From NCBI GenBank assembly GCA_965237675.1, contig OZ250150.1, positions 224,001 through 288,000 of the forward strand: a stretch of DNA of 64,000 nucleotides, in the 5' to 3' direction. How positions within the stretch are numbered: position 1 is the first letter of the stretch; each line of letters opens with the position of its first letter. The translations under genes and the position numbers were made by a program. The notes beneath the pieces were generated by a model. It made no database searches, was not told the DNA's origin, and saw only the letters and a program-made list of their open reading frames with translations. Of the stretch, positions 22,000-32,085 are shown one piece after another. Origin of the DNA: Candidatus Latescibacterota bacterium (GTDB taxonomy: Bacteria; Latescibacterota; UBA2968; GCA-2709665).

Positions 22000-22132
22000 G
22001 TCTTCTGAAAATAGCCTCTCGGTTCAGCGAAATAGGGGCCGGGCATGGGAAACGGGGGCCTTGCGTGCCCCGCGTTCCGGCGCCCAACCCCAATTTAGAC
22101 GTGGTGCAAGAATGGAAGTTCCAGGGCTCCGG

Positions 22133-22480
22133 TCAATCGGAGTCGATCTGAAGCAGTGTGTGCGGCCGGTCCGACCTGGAAACGGGATTCTTCGCGAAGC
22201 TGAACGTGCAGTCGAATTCCACGTCGGCCAGGCATCGTTCATCGATCGGAAACGCGCTACACTGGCCCGGCCGGTCTTCGTAGATGCTGCACACGGAAAA
22301 TCCATCGTCCTGTTTGATTACGAAAGGGCATTTGAAGAGAATTTCACAACAGTTCCCGCATCGGTTGCATTCGCCCGTTCGCAGGGTTGCCTGTTCGACA
22401 ACATAGGATTTTCGGAAGTGAACAAAGAGAAAACGACGAACTTTGCCCGCGGCCTGGCGCGCCTTCAACGGCAATTTCAT
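22133..22480 (-). CDS. Small Cys-cluster (YkgJ/CxxCxxCC-type) protein
   Basis: CNRCGNCC...CPF...CSIYEDRPGQCSAFP. Confidence 0.8.
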   Translation of the reverse strand: MKLPLKARQAAGKVRRFLFVHFRKSYVVEQATLRTGECNRCGNCCEILFKCPFVIKQDDGFSVCSIYEDRPGQCSAFPIDERCLADVEFDCTFSFAKNPVSRSDRPHTLLQIDSD

Positions 22481-22513
22481 GTGCGCTCCGTTCCCTCTTT
22501 CGCATGGATCCAG

Positions 22514-24052
22514 TCAGGGGGTTTCGGTTCCGTTCTCAGCGGATACACCGGATTCGACCCCCGTCGGCTTCTGTAGCCGGAACAGTTGACGAATTTCCCG
22601 CCACTCTCCGGTTTCCAGGAAGTTCCAACCCCACAGAATGAGCGGATAGGCCAGCAACAGAATGCACCGTGTCGCGATGCCGGACGGGCCGACACCGGAG
22701 GCATATCCGGATACAACGAGAAAAACGATACCGCCGGCGACCGCGACCTTTGCAAGCCGTGCGTATTCGTAGGCAACCGGGTAAAACCGTCGTGTGTACA
22801 AATAGAGGAAAAGGACCATGACCCCGTAGGCGGCCAGGGTACTCCAGGCCGCGCCAAGCACACCCAGACGCGGGATGAGCAGAAGGTTTAACCCCACGTT
22901 GACGCTCGCGCCCACGCCCACAACAACGGGCAGCATGCGGGAACGACCCTCCGCGTAAACCCCCGCCGTCAGTATAATGTATATTCCGGAAAACAGGAAT
23001 GCAAGGGTTACAATGGGGATGACGCCCTGCGCGGGTAGATAATCGGCGGCTTTGCTTCCACAGGCCAGCAGGATGAGATCGCGGGCAAAAGTGGAGAGTG
23101 CCAGCAGGAACAGGGTTGCTCCCGCCGCAAAGTAGGTGGTCATCCTGGCGACAACGCTACGGGCCTCTGTTCTGTCCGGAATGGCCAGAATGCCCGGCGC
23201 CCACGCGGCGCGGAATACGCGCGTAAGCATCTGCATGGGCAGGCAGAACCGGAAGAGGATCTGAAGGACACCGACGGAATCCTTGCCGAGGAAGAATTTC
23301 AGAAACAACCGGTCTGAAAGGTTGATCAGCAGAAGGGCGGCGGCGGACGGAACAAAGGGCAGCCCAAAACGCAGAAGGTCGCGCAGGACCGGCGGCGAGT
23401 AGATGGGCCGGAGTACACGGAACCCGATCGGGCACAGGGCCAGGAAGGCAAAAATGGAGCTTGCCAGGTTGCTCCAGAAAATAGCCCGTACCCCTTGACC
23501 TTCCCAGACGATCAGGTAAACGGTGAGACCAAGCTGCAAGGTATGCTGGACAAACCGTACTGACGCATAGATTGCGGATCGCTGCCGCACCCGGCACAAC
23601 GTAAAGAAGGGCTCGGACAGGGTGTCCAGCAGCAGAATGACCGCGATAATCTGGAAGACATCCGTGTAGGACGTCGTGTTGAGAAACACGATGGCCAGGC
23701 GCGGCGCAGCGTTCCACACCAACAAAGAAAGAAAGACGCCGATGCCCAGAAGCGTCCAGTATGCCGTGCTGAACTTGAGGCGCATGTCCGCGGCATCGCG
23801 CTCGACAGCAAGGTGTCGGACGAGCGCATGGTTCAGACCCAGGGCGTACAAAAGAACGCTGAAGCTGACAAAAGCGTACGCCAGGGCCATGTCGCCGTTT
23901 TCGGATGTGGAAAGAAGGCGGGCGTAAACCGGCACCAGAAGGATGCCTGTGGCCTTTCCCAGCATGTCGCCCAGACCGTAAACGGCGGTGTGCCTTGCTA
24001 TCGATTTGACGTGTCGGAAGCGCATGGACAATCCACGACTATCCATCTTCAT
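22514..24052 (-). CDS. Oligosaccharide flippase (Wzx/MOP family)
   Basis: About 12-14 TM helices; HTAVYG, LLRFGLP, INLSDRLFL, LLIPRLGVLGAAWST. Confidence 0.85.
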   Translation of the reverse strand: MKMDSRGLSMRFRHVKSIARHTAVYGLGDMLGKATGILLVPVYARLLSTSENGDMALAYAFVSFSVLLYALGLNHALVRHLAVERDAADMRLKFSTAYWTLLGIGVFLSLLVWNAAPRLAIVFLNTTSYTDVFQIIAVILLLDTLSEPFFTLCRVRQRSAIYASVRFVQHTLQLGLTVYLIVWEGQGVRAIFWSNLASSIFAFLALCPIGFRVLRPIYSPPVLRDLLRFGLPFVPSAAALLLINLSDRLFLKFFLGKDSVGVLQILFRFCLPMQMLTRVFRAAWAPGILAIPDRTEARSVVARMTTYFAAGATLFLLALSTFARDLILLACGSKAADYLPAQGVIPIVTLAFLFSGIYIILTAGVYAEGRSRMLPVVVGVGASVNVGLNLLLIPRLGVLGAAWSTLAAYGVMVLFLYLYTRRFYPVAYEYARLAKVAVAGGIVFLVVSGYASGVGPSGIATRCILLLAYPLILWGWNFLETGEWREIRQLFRLQKPTGVESGVSAENGTETP

Positions 24053-24160
24053 CGGTGGTCGAAACGGCGGCCGACGTTCCGGCTCACCACGGGACCTGGT
24101 GAACGCATGACGTCTTCCGGCGCCTGGCCAACGAGACGCTTAGTCGGACGGATGGAATGA

Positions 24161-26590
24161 TTACAACATTGAAACAGGGTCGATATCTACGTCCAGGGTC
24201 ACGGCGGCGCGGCGATTTCGGCCGAATTCCCGCATGGCTCGGCGGGCGAGGACGTTCAGGTTTCTGGATGAGGGGGTCTTGAGCACGACCTGCCACCGAT
24301 AGCTCCTTCGGATTCGGGCAAGCGGCGCCTGTGCGGGTCCCATCACGTCCACGTGCGGCAGCGCCATTGCACGCAGGGTCTCGGCGCACAATCCGGCGGT
24401 ACGGGAGACGTCATGTTCATGCCGGCCCTTGAAGAGAAGCAGGGCCATTCGGCCGAACGGCGGATAAAGCACGCTGCGTCGTCCCTCGAGTTCAAGTTCA
24501 GCAAATTTCGGAAAATCGTGTGTCCGTGCGCACCGAACGGCTTCACCGTCCGGCAGGTGGGTCTGAACGACGACCTCTCCGGGCAAATGCCCCCGTCCGG
24601 CCCGGCCGCTCACCTGCGTGAGCAACTGGAACGTACGTTCTCCGGCTCTGAAATCCGGTAGATGAATGCCGGTATCGGCCGAAATGACACCGACGAGGGT
24701 AACGCCGGGGAAATCCAGACCTTTGGCCACCATTTGTGTACCCAGGAGAACATCCGCCTGACCCATCCTGAATGACTCGAGGATACGGTCATGCGCCCCT
24801 TTTCGACGGGTCGTATCGACGTCCATGCGGAGCAGGCGTAAGTCGGGAAATTGGTCCTTAAGGGCTTCTTCCACCCGCTGCGTGCCCACACCCATCAGCC
24901 GAAGGTTGGGCCCCTCGCAGGCGCGGCATACGGACGGCGCTGACGTATCGAAGGCGCAGTAGTGGCACACCATCCGTCGGCCGGGGGCATGGTAGGTGAG
25001 CGTTACCCGGCAATTCGGGCATTGTACACCCCCGCCACAATCCAGACATTGTACGAACGGAGCGTACCCTCTGCGGTTTTGCAACAGGATGATCCGTTCC
25101 CTTTTTTCAAGGCGGTCCCTTAGTTTTTCCCGCAACACCCGCGAAAAGAGGCCGCCACTTTCTTTTCTCATATCCACAAGGGTGACTTCGGGCAGGGGGC
25201 GGGAATCGATCCGTTCCGGTAGGGAAAGCATTCGGAATTTTTCGGTGCCGACGTTGTGAAAAGACTCGAGCGCGGGCGTTGCCGAGCCCAGAATGATGGG
25301 GATATTTTCCATTTTTGCCCGCATCACCGCCACATCGCGAGCGTTGTACCGCGGTGCCGGATCGGACTGTTTGTAGGCGCTATCGTGCTCTTCGTCGACA
25401 ACGATCAGGCCCATGTTCGGTACGGGCGCAAAGACGGCGGAACGGGCGCCGACGACAATGGTCCGCCGGCCCTCGCGGACGTCCCGCCAGGCATCGTAGC
25501 GTTCGCTTTCCGACAGGGCGCTGTGCATGACGGCGACCCGGTTGCCAAAATGGGACCTGAAACGGCTTACCGTCTGAGGAGTGAGCGAGATCTCGGGTAC
25601 AAGAATCAGCGAGCCCAGGCCGGATTTCAGAACCAGGTCAACGGCCTGGATGTAGACCAGCGTTTTCCCGCTCCCGGTAACCCCGTGCAGGAGAAAAGGA
25701 CTGAAGTTGGAGGGGTTGAGCGAACCCTGAATTTCCTCTAACGCTTTCTGCTGATGCAAGGTGAGTGTCTGGCGTTCGGGGGGAGTCGGTTCCACTTCAG
25801 CGTATGGGTCCCTTCGGACTTCGCGCTGGTATATCCGAACCAGTCTGCGTTCCGCCAGCGCTTTGACGATAGCGGGTCCAATCCCGGCGCGGCTGAGCTT
25901 TGCGGTCGGCACAACGCCGCCACAGGCCCGAAGGCGCCGGAGACATTCCGCCTGTCGGGGCGCCCTTCGCTCCAGTGCGGGCCATTCGAGTTCGAACCAC
26001 CGCGCATCGGGCACGAGTTGAACCATGCGCTCTCGCCGCGGCCTGACGCGGGGGTCTTCAATTGTCTGATAGGTTGCAAGCATACCCCTGCGAATCAATC
26101 CGTAGACTGCACTGCGGACCTCGTTTCCACACAGGCGACGCTGCAGTTGTCGGAGGCTGGCCGGGCCCCGCGTTTGCAACTGGTCGAGCACCTGCTGCTG
26201 AAAGGAGGAAATCGGACCCCGACCGGCGCCATCGAGGTCGTTAAGGGCAATGCGCTGCCCGCTGTGGGTGTGGATGCCGGCCGGAAGCGCGGCCGTGAGG
26301 ACTTCGGACAGGGTGCAGACGTAATAGCCCGCTATCCAGCGGCAGAGGTCGAGGACGTTTGGTGAAACCACGGGATAGGCGTCGAGCAGGATACCGATCG
26401 ACTTGACGTTGTCCAGGTCGGTCCGGTTCTGAAACCCGACGACAATGCCGGTCGTCCAACGGGGTCCCAGAGGAACGAGCGCTCTGCTGCCGACGTGGAT
26501 TTGATGCTTCAGGTCGTCGGGAACAAGATAGGTCAATTCCCGGTCGATTGGCGTGGCGAGAGGGACAATTTGCGCGTAGTTGGAATCCAT
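24161..26590 (-). CDS. priA: Primosomal protein N'
   Basis: GVTGSGKT, LVPEISLTPQ, VDEEHD, NRRGYAP, two Zn motifs, GTQMVAKGLDFP, QVSGRAGR, DIDP end. Confidence 0.97.
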   Translation of the reverse strand: MDSNYAQIVPLATPIDRELTYLVPDDLKHQIHVGSRALVPLGPRWTTGIVVGFQNRTDLDNVKSIGILLDAYPVVSPNVLDLCRWIAGYYVCTLSEVLTAALPAGIHTHSGQRIALNDLDGAGRGPISSFQQQVLDQLQTRGPASLRQLQRRLCGNEVRSAVYGLIRRGMLATYQTIEDPRVRPRRERMVQLVPDARWFELEWPALERRAPRQAECLRRLRACGGVVPTAKLSRAGIGPAIVKALAERRLVRIYQREVRRDPYAEVEPTPPERQTLTLHQQKALEEIQGSLNPSNFSPFLLHGVTGSGKTLVYIQAVDLVLKSGLGSLILVPEISLTPQTVSRFRSHFGNRVAVMHSALSESERYDAWRDVREGRRTIVVGARSAVFAPVPNMGLIVVDEEHDSAYKQSDPAPRYNARDVAVMRAKMENIPIILGSATPALESFHNVGTEKFRMLSLPERIDSRPLPEVTLVDMRKESGGLFSRVLREKLRDRLEKRERIILLQNRRGYAPFVQCLDCGGGVQCPNCRVTLTYHAPGRRMVCHYCAFDTSAPSVCRACEGPNLRLMGVGTQRVEEALKDQFPDLRLLRMDVDTTRRKGAHDRILESFRMGQADVLLGTQMVAKGLDFPGVTLVGVISADTGIHLPDFRAGERTFQLLTQVSGRAGRGHLPGEVVVQTHLPDGEAVRCARTHDFPKFAELELEGRRSVLYPPFGRMALLLFKGRHEHDVSRTAGLCAETLRAMALPHVDVMGPAQAPLARIRRSYRWQVVLKTPSSRNLNVLARRAMREFGRNRRAAVTLDVDIDPVSML

Positions 26591-26596
26591 TGAGGA

Positions 26597-27583
26597 TTAA
26601 CGTACGGATGGCGGCGCCTCAGGTTCAATCTCTTCGACCCAGATATTGGATCGGGAGATGAACAGGCGGTGTTTCCGTCCGTGTTTTATAGGGAGGGGAA
26701 TAGGCGTTTCCTGCAGGGAGAGGGAAACGGCGGCGGCGTCTTCAATTTCCACACGGAACCGATCTCGGGCGGTCCAATGCCGCTGGGTGCCGGAAAGCAG
26801 ACGGCTTTCAAAGGTTGAATCGCCGTCGCTGGAAATACGTACCTGGGTCTCCGCCACAGCACGTACGGAAAGGATTAAATCGTCTTCCCAAATGCCGGAA
26901 AAACGCTGCGGGAGCGAATAGGACGAAACCACCCGCTCGCCCGGCGGCGAACTTCGATGGGTGTCCCGCTGCCGGGGGGCCGTCTGGAGGGACTCGGGAG
27001 CCGCTGTAACCGCCTGGCTTTCGGGTGGCGCCGTGTGAATCTCGGGCTCCGGTGTTGCAGAAGTCTCCAAAGCGGATGACGTTGACTGGCTTCCGATTTT
27101 CGACATCGGAGCCTCCGCTTCGACAGGGCCCGCCGACGTCGAATCACGCCTTAGCATCACGGCAGCGATGACAGCGCCGAGTGCCAATACACATAGAATT
27201 GCCAGGATGGGACGCAACGACAGGGACTGTTCTCGTAGAATTGCCAGGATGGGACGCAACGACAGGGACTGTTCTCGTAGAATTGCCAGGATGGGACGCA
27301 ACGACAGGGACTGTTCTCGTTCCCGGCGTACGACGGGCGGGCGGGATGTCGCGTGAGGCCTTGTTTTGCCGTATTTGTCCAGCGTCGCCTGAACATCGAG
27401 CCCGACTTCCTGCGCGTATCTCTTCAGAAAGAGGCGAATGTAGATTTCAGGAAGGATGTCGTAGTTGCCGGTTTCGAGGGCGTTGAGGTACTCCGGATTG
27501 ATTCGTGTCCGTTCAAACAGTTCTTCCAGGGACAGGCCGCTGGCTTCGCGTTGGGCTCGTAACTCTGATGCAAATTCACGCAT
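26597..27583 (-). CDS. rodZ: RodZ-like HTH/TM/DUF4115 protein
   Basis: N-terminal HTH (TRINPEYLNALE...YIRLFLKRYA), single TM helix, periplasmic beta domain. Confidence 0.8.
   Translation of the reverse strand: MREFASELRAQREASGLSLEELFERTRINPEYLNALETGNYDILPEIYIRLFLKRYAQEVGLDVQATLDKYGKTRPHATSRPPVVRREREQSLSLRPILAILREQSLSLRPILAILREQSLSLRPILAILCVLALGAVIAAVMLRRDSTSAGPVEAEAPMSKIGSQSTSSALETSATPEPEIHTAPPESQAVTAAPESLQTAPRQRDTHRSSPPGERVVSSYSLPQRFSGIWEDDLILSVRAVAETQVRISSDGDSTFESRLLSGTQRHWTARDRFRVEIEDAAAVSLSLQETPIPLPIKHGRKHRLFISRSNIWVEEIEPEAPPSVR
27194..27320. repeat. Perfect 42-bp tandem repeat, 3 copies, in frame within rodZ
   Basis: tagaattgccaggatgggacgcaacgacagggactgttctcg x3; encodes (REQSLSLRPILAIL)x3. 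Confidence 0.95.
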
Positions 27584-27606
27584 AACCGGCTCCGATAACG
27601 ACCTTT

Positions 27607-28203
27607 CTAATGCTCAGATGCAAACAGTAACGGCGATTGGCCCACCATGCGTTCGAGGAGTGAGCAGAAGAGTGAAAGCGGTAACCCGACGACGTTGTAA
27701 AAACAGCCGGAGATGGAGTGGACGAAGGCCGCCGCTCTGCCCTGGACCGCGTACGCGCCCGCTTTGTCCATGGGTTCCCGGGTCTGCACGTAAAACTGAA
27801 TTTCCTCCCGCGAGAGCGGCCTCATCGCGACGTCCGTCACCGCAACGTCGCGGAGAGAACGGCCGGACCCGGTATCGATCAACGTAAGGCCGGTATATAC
27901 GCTGTGTGTCTTTCCCGAGAGTCTGCTCAGCATTCGAATCGCCTCATCTTCCCCGGCCGGCTTTTCGAGAATGTCGCCTTCCAGCACAACTACGGTATCC
28001 GCGCCCAGAACCAGCTCCCCGCGGAAGTTGGCAGCGACCGCGCGCGCCTTGCGGGAAGAGATTTCACGGACGTAGTCGGCGGGAGGCATCGGCCTGTCCA
28101 GGGTTTCCGAAACGTGGCTCGGCACAACGTCAAAGGATATACCGAGCAGACGCAGGAGGTCGGACCGCCTTGGCGATGCGGAGGCCAGAATGAGTTTTTT
28201 CAT
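27607..28203 (-). CDS. maf: Maf family nucleoside triphosphate pyrophosphatase
   Basis: ILASASPRR, LGADTVV, LEKP, DKAGAY, NVVGLP. Confidence 0.95.
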   Translation of the reverse strand: MKKLILASASPRRSDLLRLLGISFDVVPSHVSETLDRPMPPADYVREISSRKARAVAANFRGELVLGADTVVVLEGDILEKPAGEDEAIRMLSRLSGKTHSVYTGLTLIDTGSGRSLRDVAVTDVAMRPLSREEIQFYVQTREPMDKAGAYAVQGRAAAFVHSISGCFYNVVGLPLSLFCSLLERMVGQSPLLFASEH

Positions 28204-28261
28204 TGTGGGAATGGCGATGCAGACAGCGGCTGCGCGGTGGCGAACTCCCGCATCCTGCGTC

Positions 28262-28454
28262 TAGTGTGCTGTCCCGGAAATAGGTTGCCGAATTCGGCCC
28301 ACGGGTCGCCCGGCCCGCAAGGCGCCTGAGCAAGGCGACCTGCGGAAGGTCGGCCCAACGCAGCGAGCCGGGATGAACCGGCGCCTGCCTGTGCGTGCTG
28401 CCTCACGCACGCAGACAGGGATGAATGGTTACATATTTCCGGGAAAGGACACTA
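28262..28454. mobile_element. MITE-like element with 21-bp terminal inverted repeats and internal hairpin
   Basis: Left tagtgtgctgtcccggaaata vs reverse complement of right end tagtgtcctttcccggaaata (19/21); right 99 bp repeated at 33526-33624. Confidence 0.75.
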
Positions 28455-28889
28455 TGTTTCAACCATCAGAGTAACGGGGCCGTCGTTGTGTATTTCGACT
28501 TGCATGTGGGCGCCAAACTCACCGGTGCATACGGAAATGCCCAGGGTGCGCAGCGTATCCACGAACTCGTTGTAATACACCTCGGCCATCTCGGGCCGCG
28601 CCGCGTTGGAATATCCCGGCCGGCGGCCCCTTCGGGTATCTCCGTAGAGCGTGAACTGTGAGACCACCAGGGCCTGCCCTCCGATGTCCAGGAGGGAGCG
28701 ATTCATTTTGCCCCGTTCGTCTTCAAAAATACGAAGGTTGGCGCATTTGCCGGCTACATATTCGATAATTTCCGGCGTATCCTGTCGGCCGACGCCAAGC
28801 AGTATAAGCATCCCCCGGCCGATATCGGCGGTGGGCCGCCCGTTGATGGACACCGCTGAACGACTGACCCGTTGTACAAGCGCTCGCAC
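28452..28889 (-). CDS. dtd: D-aminoacyl-tRNA deacylase
   Basis: GTG start (MRALVQRV), NLRIFED, VSQFTL, GEFGAHM, NDGPVT. Confidence 0.95.
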   Translation of the reverse strand: MRALVQRVSRSAVSINGRPTADIGRGMLILLGVGRQDTPEIIEYVAGKCANLRIFEDERGKMNRSLLDIGGQALVVSQFTLYGDTRRGRRPGYSNAARPEMAEVYYNEFVDTLRTLGISVCTGEFGAHMQVEIHNDGPVTLMVET

Positions 28890-29080
28890 TCTGGTTCCCG
28901 GAATTCGGAGAACGCCAACCAAGGACGGATTTCGATGGGAAGAAACAGAATGAGGGACGAGTGGATATTCGCTAATTAATTTAGCCCATTCGGGGGTGCG
29001 AGGCAAGGGAAGAAAGGACAGGGGGCATGGCGCTGAATCCGGTCATGGAGAGGACGGGATCCCGGATTGTCCTATACATT

Positions 29081-31453
29081 TCAGAGCCCGAAACCGCCCC
29101 TGCGATGTTCAACTTTGATCTGAGGGATGTCTTTGATATTGACTTTGAAATGGAAGCCCTTGTTGAAGCCGGTGGGATACCAGCTGAACGTGGCCTGCCA
29201 GCAATGCAGGTCCCGGTACACATAGATCGTCTGTGATATAAGCCTGGTATTGATGAGATCATAGTTCACTGAATAATTGAACCGCCATGTCCGCGTGGGG
29301 TTCAGCGCCAGGTCCGCCTTGACCCAGGAGCGCCTGGTGTCCGTGAAGCCGGCGGCGAAAGACTGCCGATGGCTGAAATAATGCCCCAGATTGAAATGCC
29401 AGGGCTGCGCGGCGTCGCCAAAGTCGCGGTAAATGTCGTCTTCAAAGTTAAAACCGGTCCTGGCCGTGGGAAGCATGGTGCTGCGGGCTTGGGTCGGTTC
29501 GGATTCCCGATCAGCTCGACCGCTGAAGCGCAGGCTTGTGTTGACGGTGACGCTGCGCAGACGCGGCCGATAGAGGGAGAGACGGCCCAGGGAGTCGTAA
29601 AAAGTGTGGGACATGCTGAGGCGAACGTCGACTTGTCGTCCGGGCTTGATCGAGGCCGAAGTGAGGAGGGCGCGCCATCTGCGCAACGGGCTGGTGTCGA
29701 AGTCGTATCCGGATGAGAAACTGGCCGTTGCAAAGGTGGACCGTCTTGTCTTGCCGTCCTCCTCGGTCTTGATTTCGAAGGAGTTGTTGAGCCTCATATT
29801 CAAAGTGCGCCTGGGGTCGTCCCAGTCGCGGTGGCCGTGAAATCCCAGTGTGGCGCCTGCAACCCGCGCGTTATGGTAATACCGGAAGTCGACCTGCGGC
29901 TGGAACCGGTGACGAATTCCCCGGAGGCGTCCTACGTGGGGTTCAAAGATGCCATAGAGCGCAGTGCCGACGGCGATACTCGCGTTGTAGGATTCCCGCC
30001 GGGTGCGCTCATCGTCGTTCAGGCGTGAGGAGGTCTGGCTGAGGTTGAATCGTTGGGTGAGATCCAGCCAGCCGAAGGGACGGTGCTGGCTGCTCATCCC
30101 GAGGCGGGAGTTGAGGGTCAGATTCCGCGTGTTGTCGGCCGGGTCCACGTTGCGCGTGAAGGCGTTGGTCAGACCGCCGGAAACGTCGTAGTAAAAAGCG
30201 TGGTGCCATCTGGCTTCGCGGCTTGATTCGGGCCGTCCGAAAATGCGTCGCCGGGCCTGGCGGAGCGAAAGGCGAGGGAACCCCTGGAAACGGCTCTGGC
30301 TCTGATCGAGGTCACGGTAGTAGTTGAGATTGAGGTCCATGCTGCGTCCGGCCTCCGTCCATCGTTTGTCCATGGAGAAGGAAGAACGAAGTTGCCGGTT
30401 CAGGTATCGATAGAGGCTGTTGGAATTGTGAAGGTCAAAGCTGGAACTGTTCGTGAAATCTCCCGTGGCCCGCATATTCAGCGTCGGGTTCAGCCGATGC
30501 TGATGATGAAAGTTCAGACGCCATGCGCGACGGGAGTCGCCCGATGTCTGCCGCCCGCGTTCAAAGGAGATATCCATATTTCCACGGAGGCGTCTACGTA
30601 CGGAATAGTTAACGCCTGCATCAACAAGAAATCCGTTGCGTTCTCTCAATGCCGTCTTCATGGTGGCATCCCAATAGTCGCTGGGCGCCCAATAGTACCC
30701 GATGTTGCTTACCGTAATTCCGTCCCTGCTGTTGCTCCCGATGCGGGGTGTGAGAATGCCGGAGCGCCTGCCCTGGGTGAGCGGAAAAACGTAGAACGGG
30801 AGCCACATCAGAGGAACCGGTCCGATGCGGAAGGTTACGGACCGCGCGATGGCCTTGTCGTTCTCGACAACCTTAAGAGCCTGACAGAGAAAGTCGTAAT
30901 GGGTATGATCCCTGTTGCAGGTGGACATGGAAATCGAACGGGCGTGAAGTTCACGTTGTTGATCGAGCAGAATCTGTTCGCCCCTGTAATAACGCCTCCG
31001 GTGACGCGCCCGGCCACCACGCACTTTGCCACGGCCGGTTTTCAGGTTGTACACCATTGACGATCCCGAGAACCGCTCCCCGCCCCGGATAAACTCAGGC
31101 ATACCGATGGTTTTCCTGCCGGTGGAGTCCGGCAGCGCCTCGGCCTCCAGACGCTCTTCTTTCCGGTGGAGAATGATGCGGCCAGCGCGCAGTTCCACAT
31201 CCCGATACTTTAGGACGACGTTTCCTGTGAAGACGACCCGCCCTCTCGCAATATCGACCACCACCCGGTCAGCCGCATATTCATAAAGCAACGAGTCCAA
31301 CGCAGTCGACGCCTGCCGGGCGGGGAGCGGGCCGGGAAACATCTGCGCGAAAGCCGGATCGACCGCAAATAGCACCAGGAGGAACAGCGCGCCGGAGGCG
31401 CGTTGGATCGCCTTCCAGTGAGCAGTTGCCGGTTTTACGTGTCGCATGTTCAT
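29081..31453 (-). CDS. lptD: LptD-like LPS-assembly outer-membrane protein (start uncertain)
   Basis: Signal peptide, OstA-like jellyroll (GNVVLKY..L.AG), RRSGILTP, YYWAPSDYWD, beta-barrel, YRDLHCW near C-terminus. Confidence 0.8.
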   Translation of the reverse strand: MNMRHVKPATAHWKAIQRASGALFLLVLFAVDPAFAQMFPGPLPARQASTALDSLLYEYAADRVVVDIARGRVVFTGNVVLKYRDVELRAGRIILHRKEERLEAEALPDSTGRKTIGMPEFIRGGERFSGSSMVYNLKTGRGKVRGGRARHRRRYYRGEQILLDQQRELHARSISMSTCNRDHTHYDFLCQALKVVENDKAIARSVTFRIGPVPLMWLPFYVFPLTQGRRSGILTPRIGSNSRDGITVSNIGYYWAPSDYWDATMKTALRERNGFLVDAGVNYSVRRRLRGNMDISFERGRQTSGDSRRAWRLNFHHQHRLNPTLNMRATGDFTNSSSFDLHNSNSLYRYLNRQLRSSFSMDKRWTEAGRSMDLNLNYYRDLDQSQSRFQGFPRLSLRQARRRIFGRPESSREARWHHAFYYDVSGGLTNAFTRNVDPADNTRNLTLNSRLGMSSQHRPFGWLDLTQRFNLSQTSSRLNDDERTRRESYNASIAVGTALYGIFEPHVGRLRGIRHRFQPQVDFRYYHNARVAGATLGFHGHRDWDDPRRTLNMRLNNSFEIKTEEDGKTRRSTFATASFSSGYDFDTSPLRRWRALLTSASIKPGRQVDVRLSMSHTFYDSLGRLSLYRPRLRSVTVNTSLRFSGRADRESEPTQARSTMLPTARTGFNFEDDIYRDFGDAAQPWHFNLGHYFSHRQSFAAGFTDTRRSWVKADLALNPTRTWRFNYSVNYDLINTRLISQTIYVYRDLHCWQATFSWYPTGFNKGFHFKVNIKDIPQIKVEHRRGGFGL

Positions 31454-31635
31454 ATCTTTGCGGCAACGCCTGCATCCACGAATGATCGTGAAGCATCCTG
31501 GAAAGAAAGTTAAACGGCGCGTCATTGGAAGGATCGACGGACGCCTCGTTTCGCGCCTCCGGGGCCGGTCCCGGGGTTCACATCTCCTGGCGCGCCGCGC
31601 AGGGACAACCCACATTCAGGAGGAGACAATAGCAG

Positions 31636-31665
31636 TTGACTTTTTAATGTTTTTCGCGTTATTTT
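31636..31665 (+). promoter_or_regulatory. Putative sigma70 promoter for tRNA-Leu
   Basis: TTGACT-N18-TATTTT about 80 bp upstream of the tRNA. Confidence 0.45.
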
Positions 31666-31742
31666 AGTCGCTGTCCAGCGGAATGGGTTGGACATCAAGC
31701 ACAGACTGAAACCTCGCGAAATATTAACTTATTGTAAGTAAA

Positions 31743-31828
31743 GCGGAAGTGGTGGAATTGGCAGACACGTCAGATTTAGGATCTGGTGGGCTATGCCCGT
31801 GGGGGTTCGAGTCCCCCCTTCCGCACCA
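31743..31828 (+). tRNA. tRNA-Leu (anticodon TAG)
   Basis: GCGGAAG/CTTCCGC acceptor stem, D-loop GGAATTGGCAGAC, anticodon loop TT-TAG-GA, long variable arm, GGTTCGAGTCC, encoded CCA. Confidence 0.97.
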
Positions 31829-32085
31829 ATGTTGATGCCGGACGGCGGCCTCCGGGAATCCGGGCCGTGCGCTACTGTTTTTCTGGCGCACGGCTTTCCT
31901 CTTGTACAGGCGGTCATAAGCGAATCCGCCGGTCGGCGCTGCACGCCCTTCGCGCCTCATAACCGAACCTTTTCGCGCGCGCTCGGGAACGCACCAGGCA
32001 TTTTAAGACAACTTCTAATGAATATTCCGTTTTTCGGTGAGTGAGTCAAGCCGAATTCCGGCAATTTGAACCCCAAGGAGCGAGG

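Noticed and set aside
27194-27320. Possible CRISPR array
   Set aside because: The repeats are directly adjacent with no spacers, in frame inside rodZ, and there are no cas genes.
31743-31828. tRNA-Leu as an integration site for an island
   Set aside because: No integrase nearby and I saw no duplicated tRNA 3' end in the window; the downstream gene is lysA.
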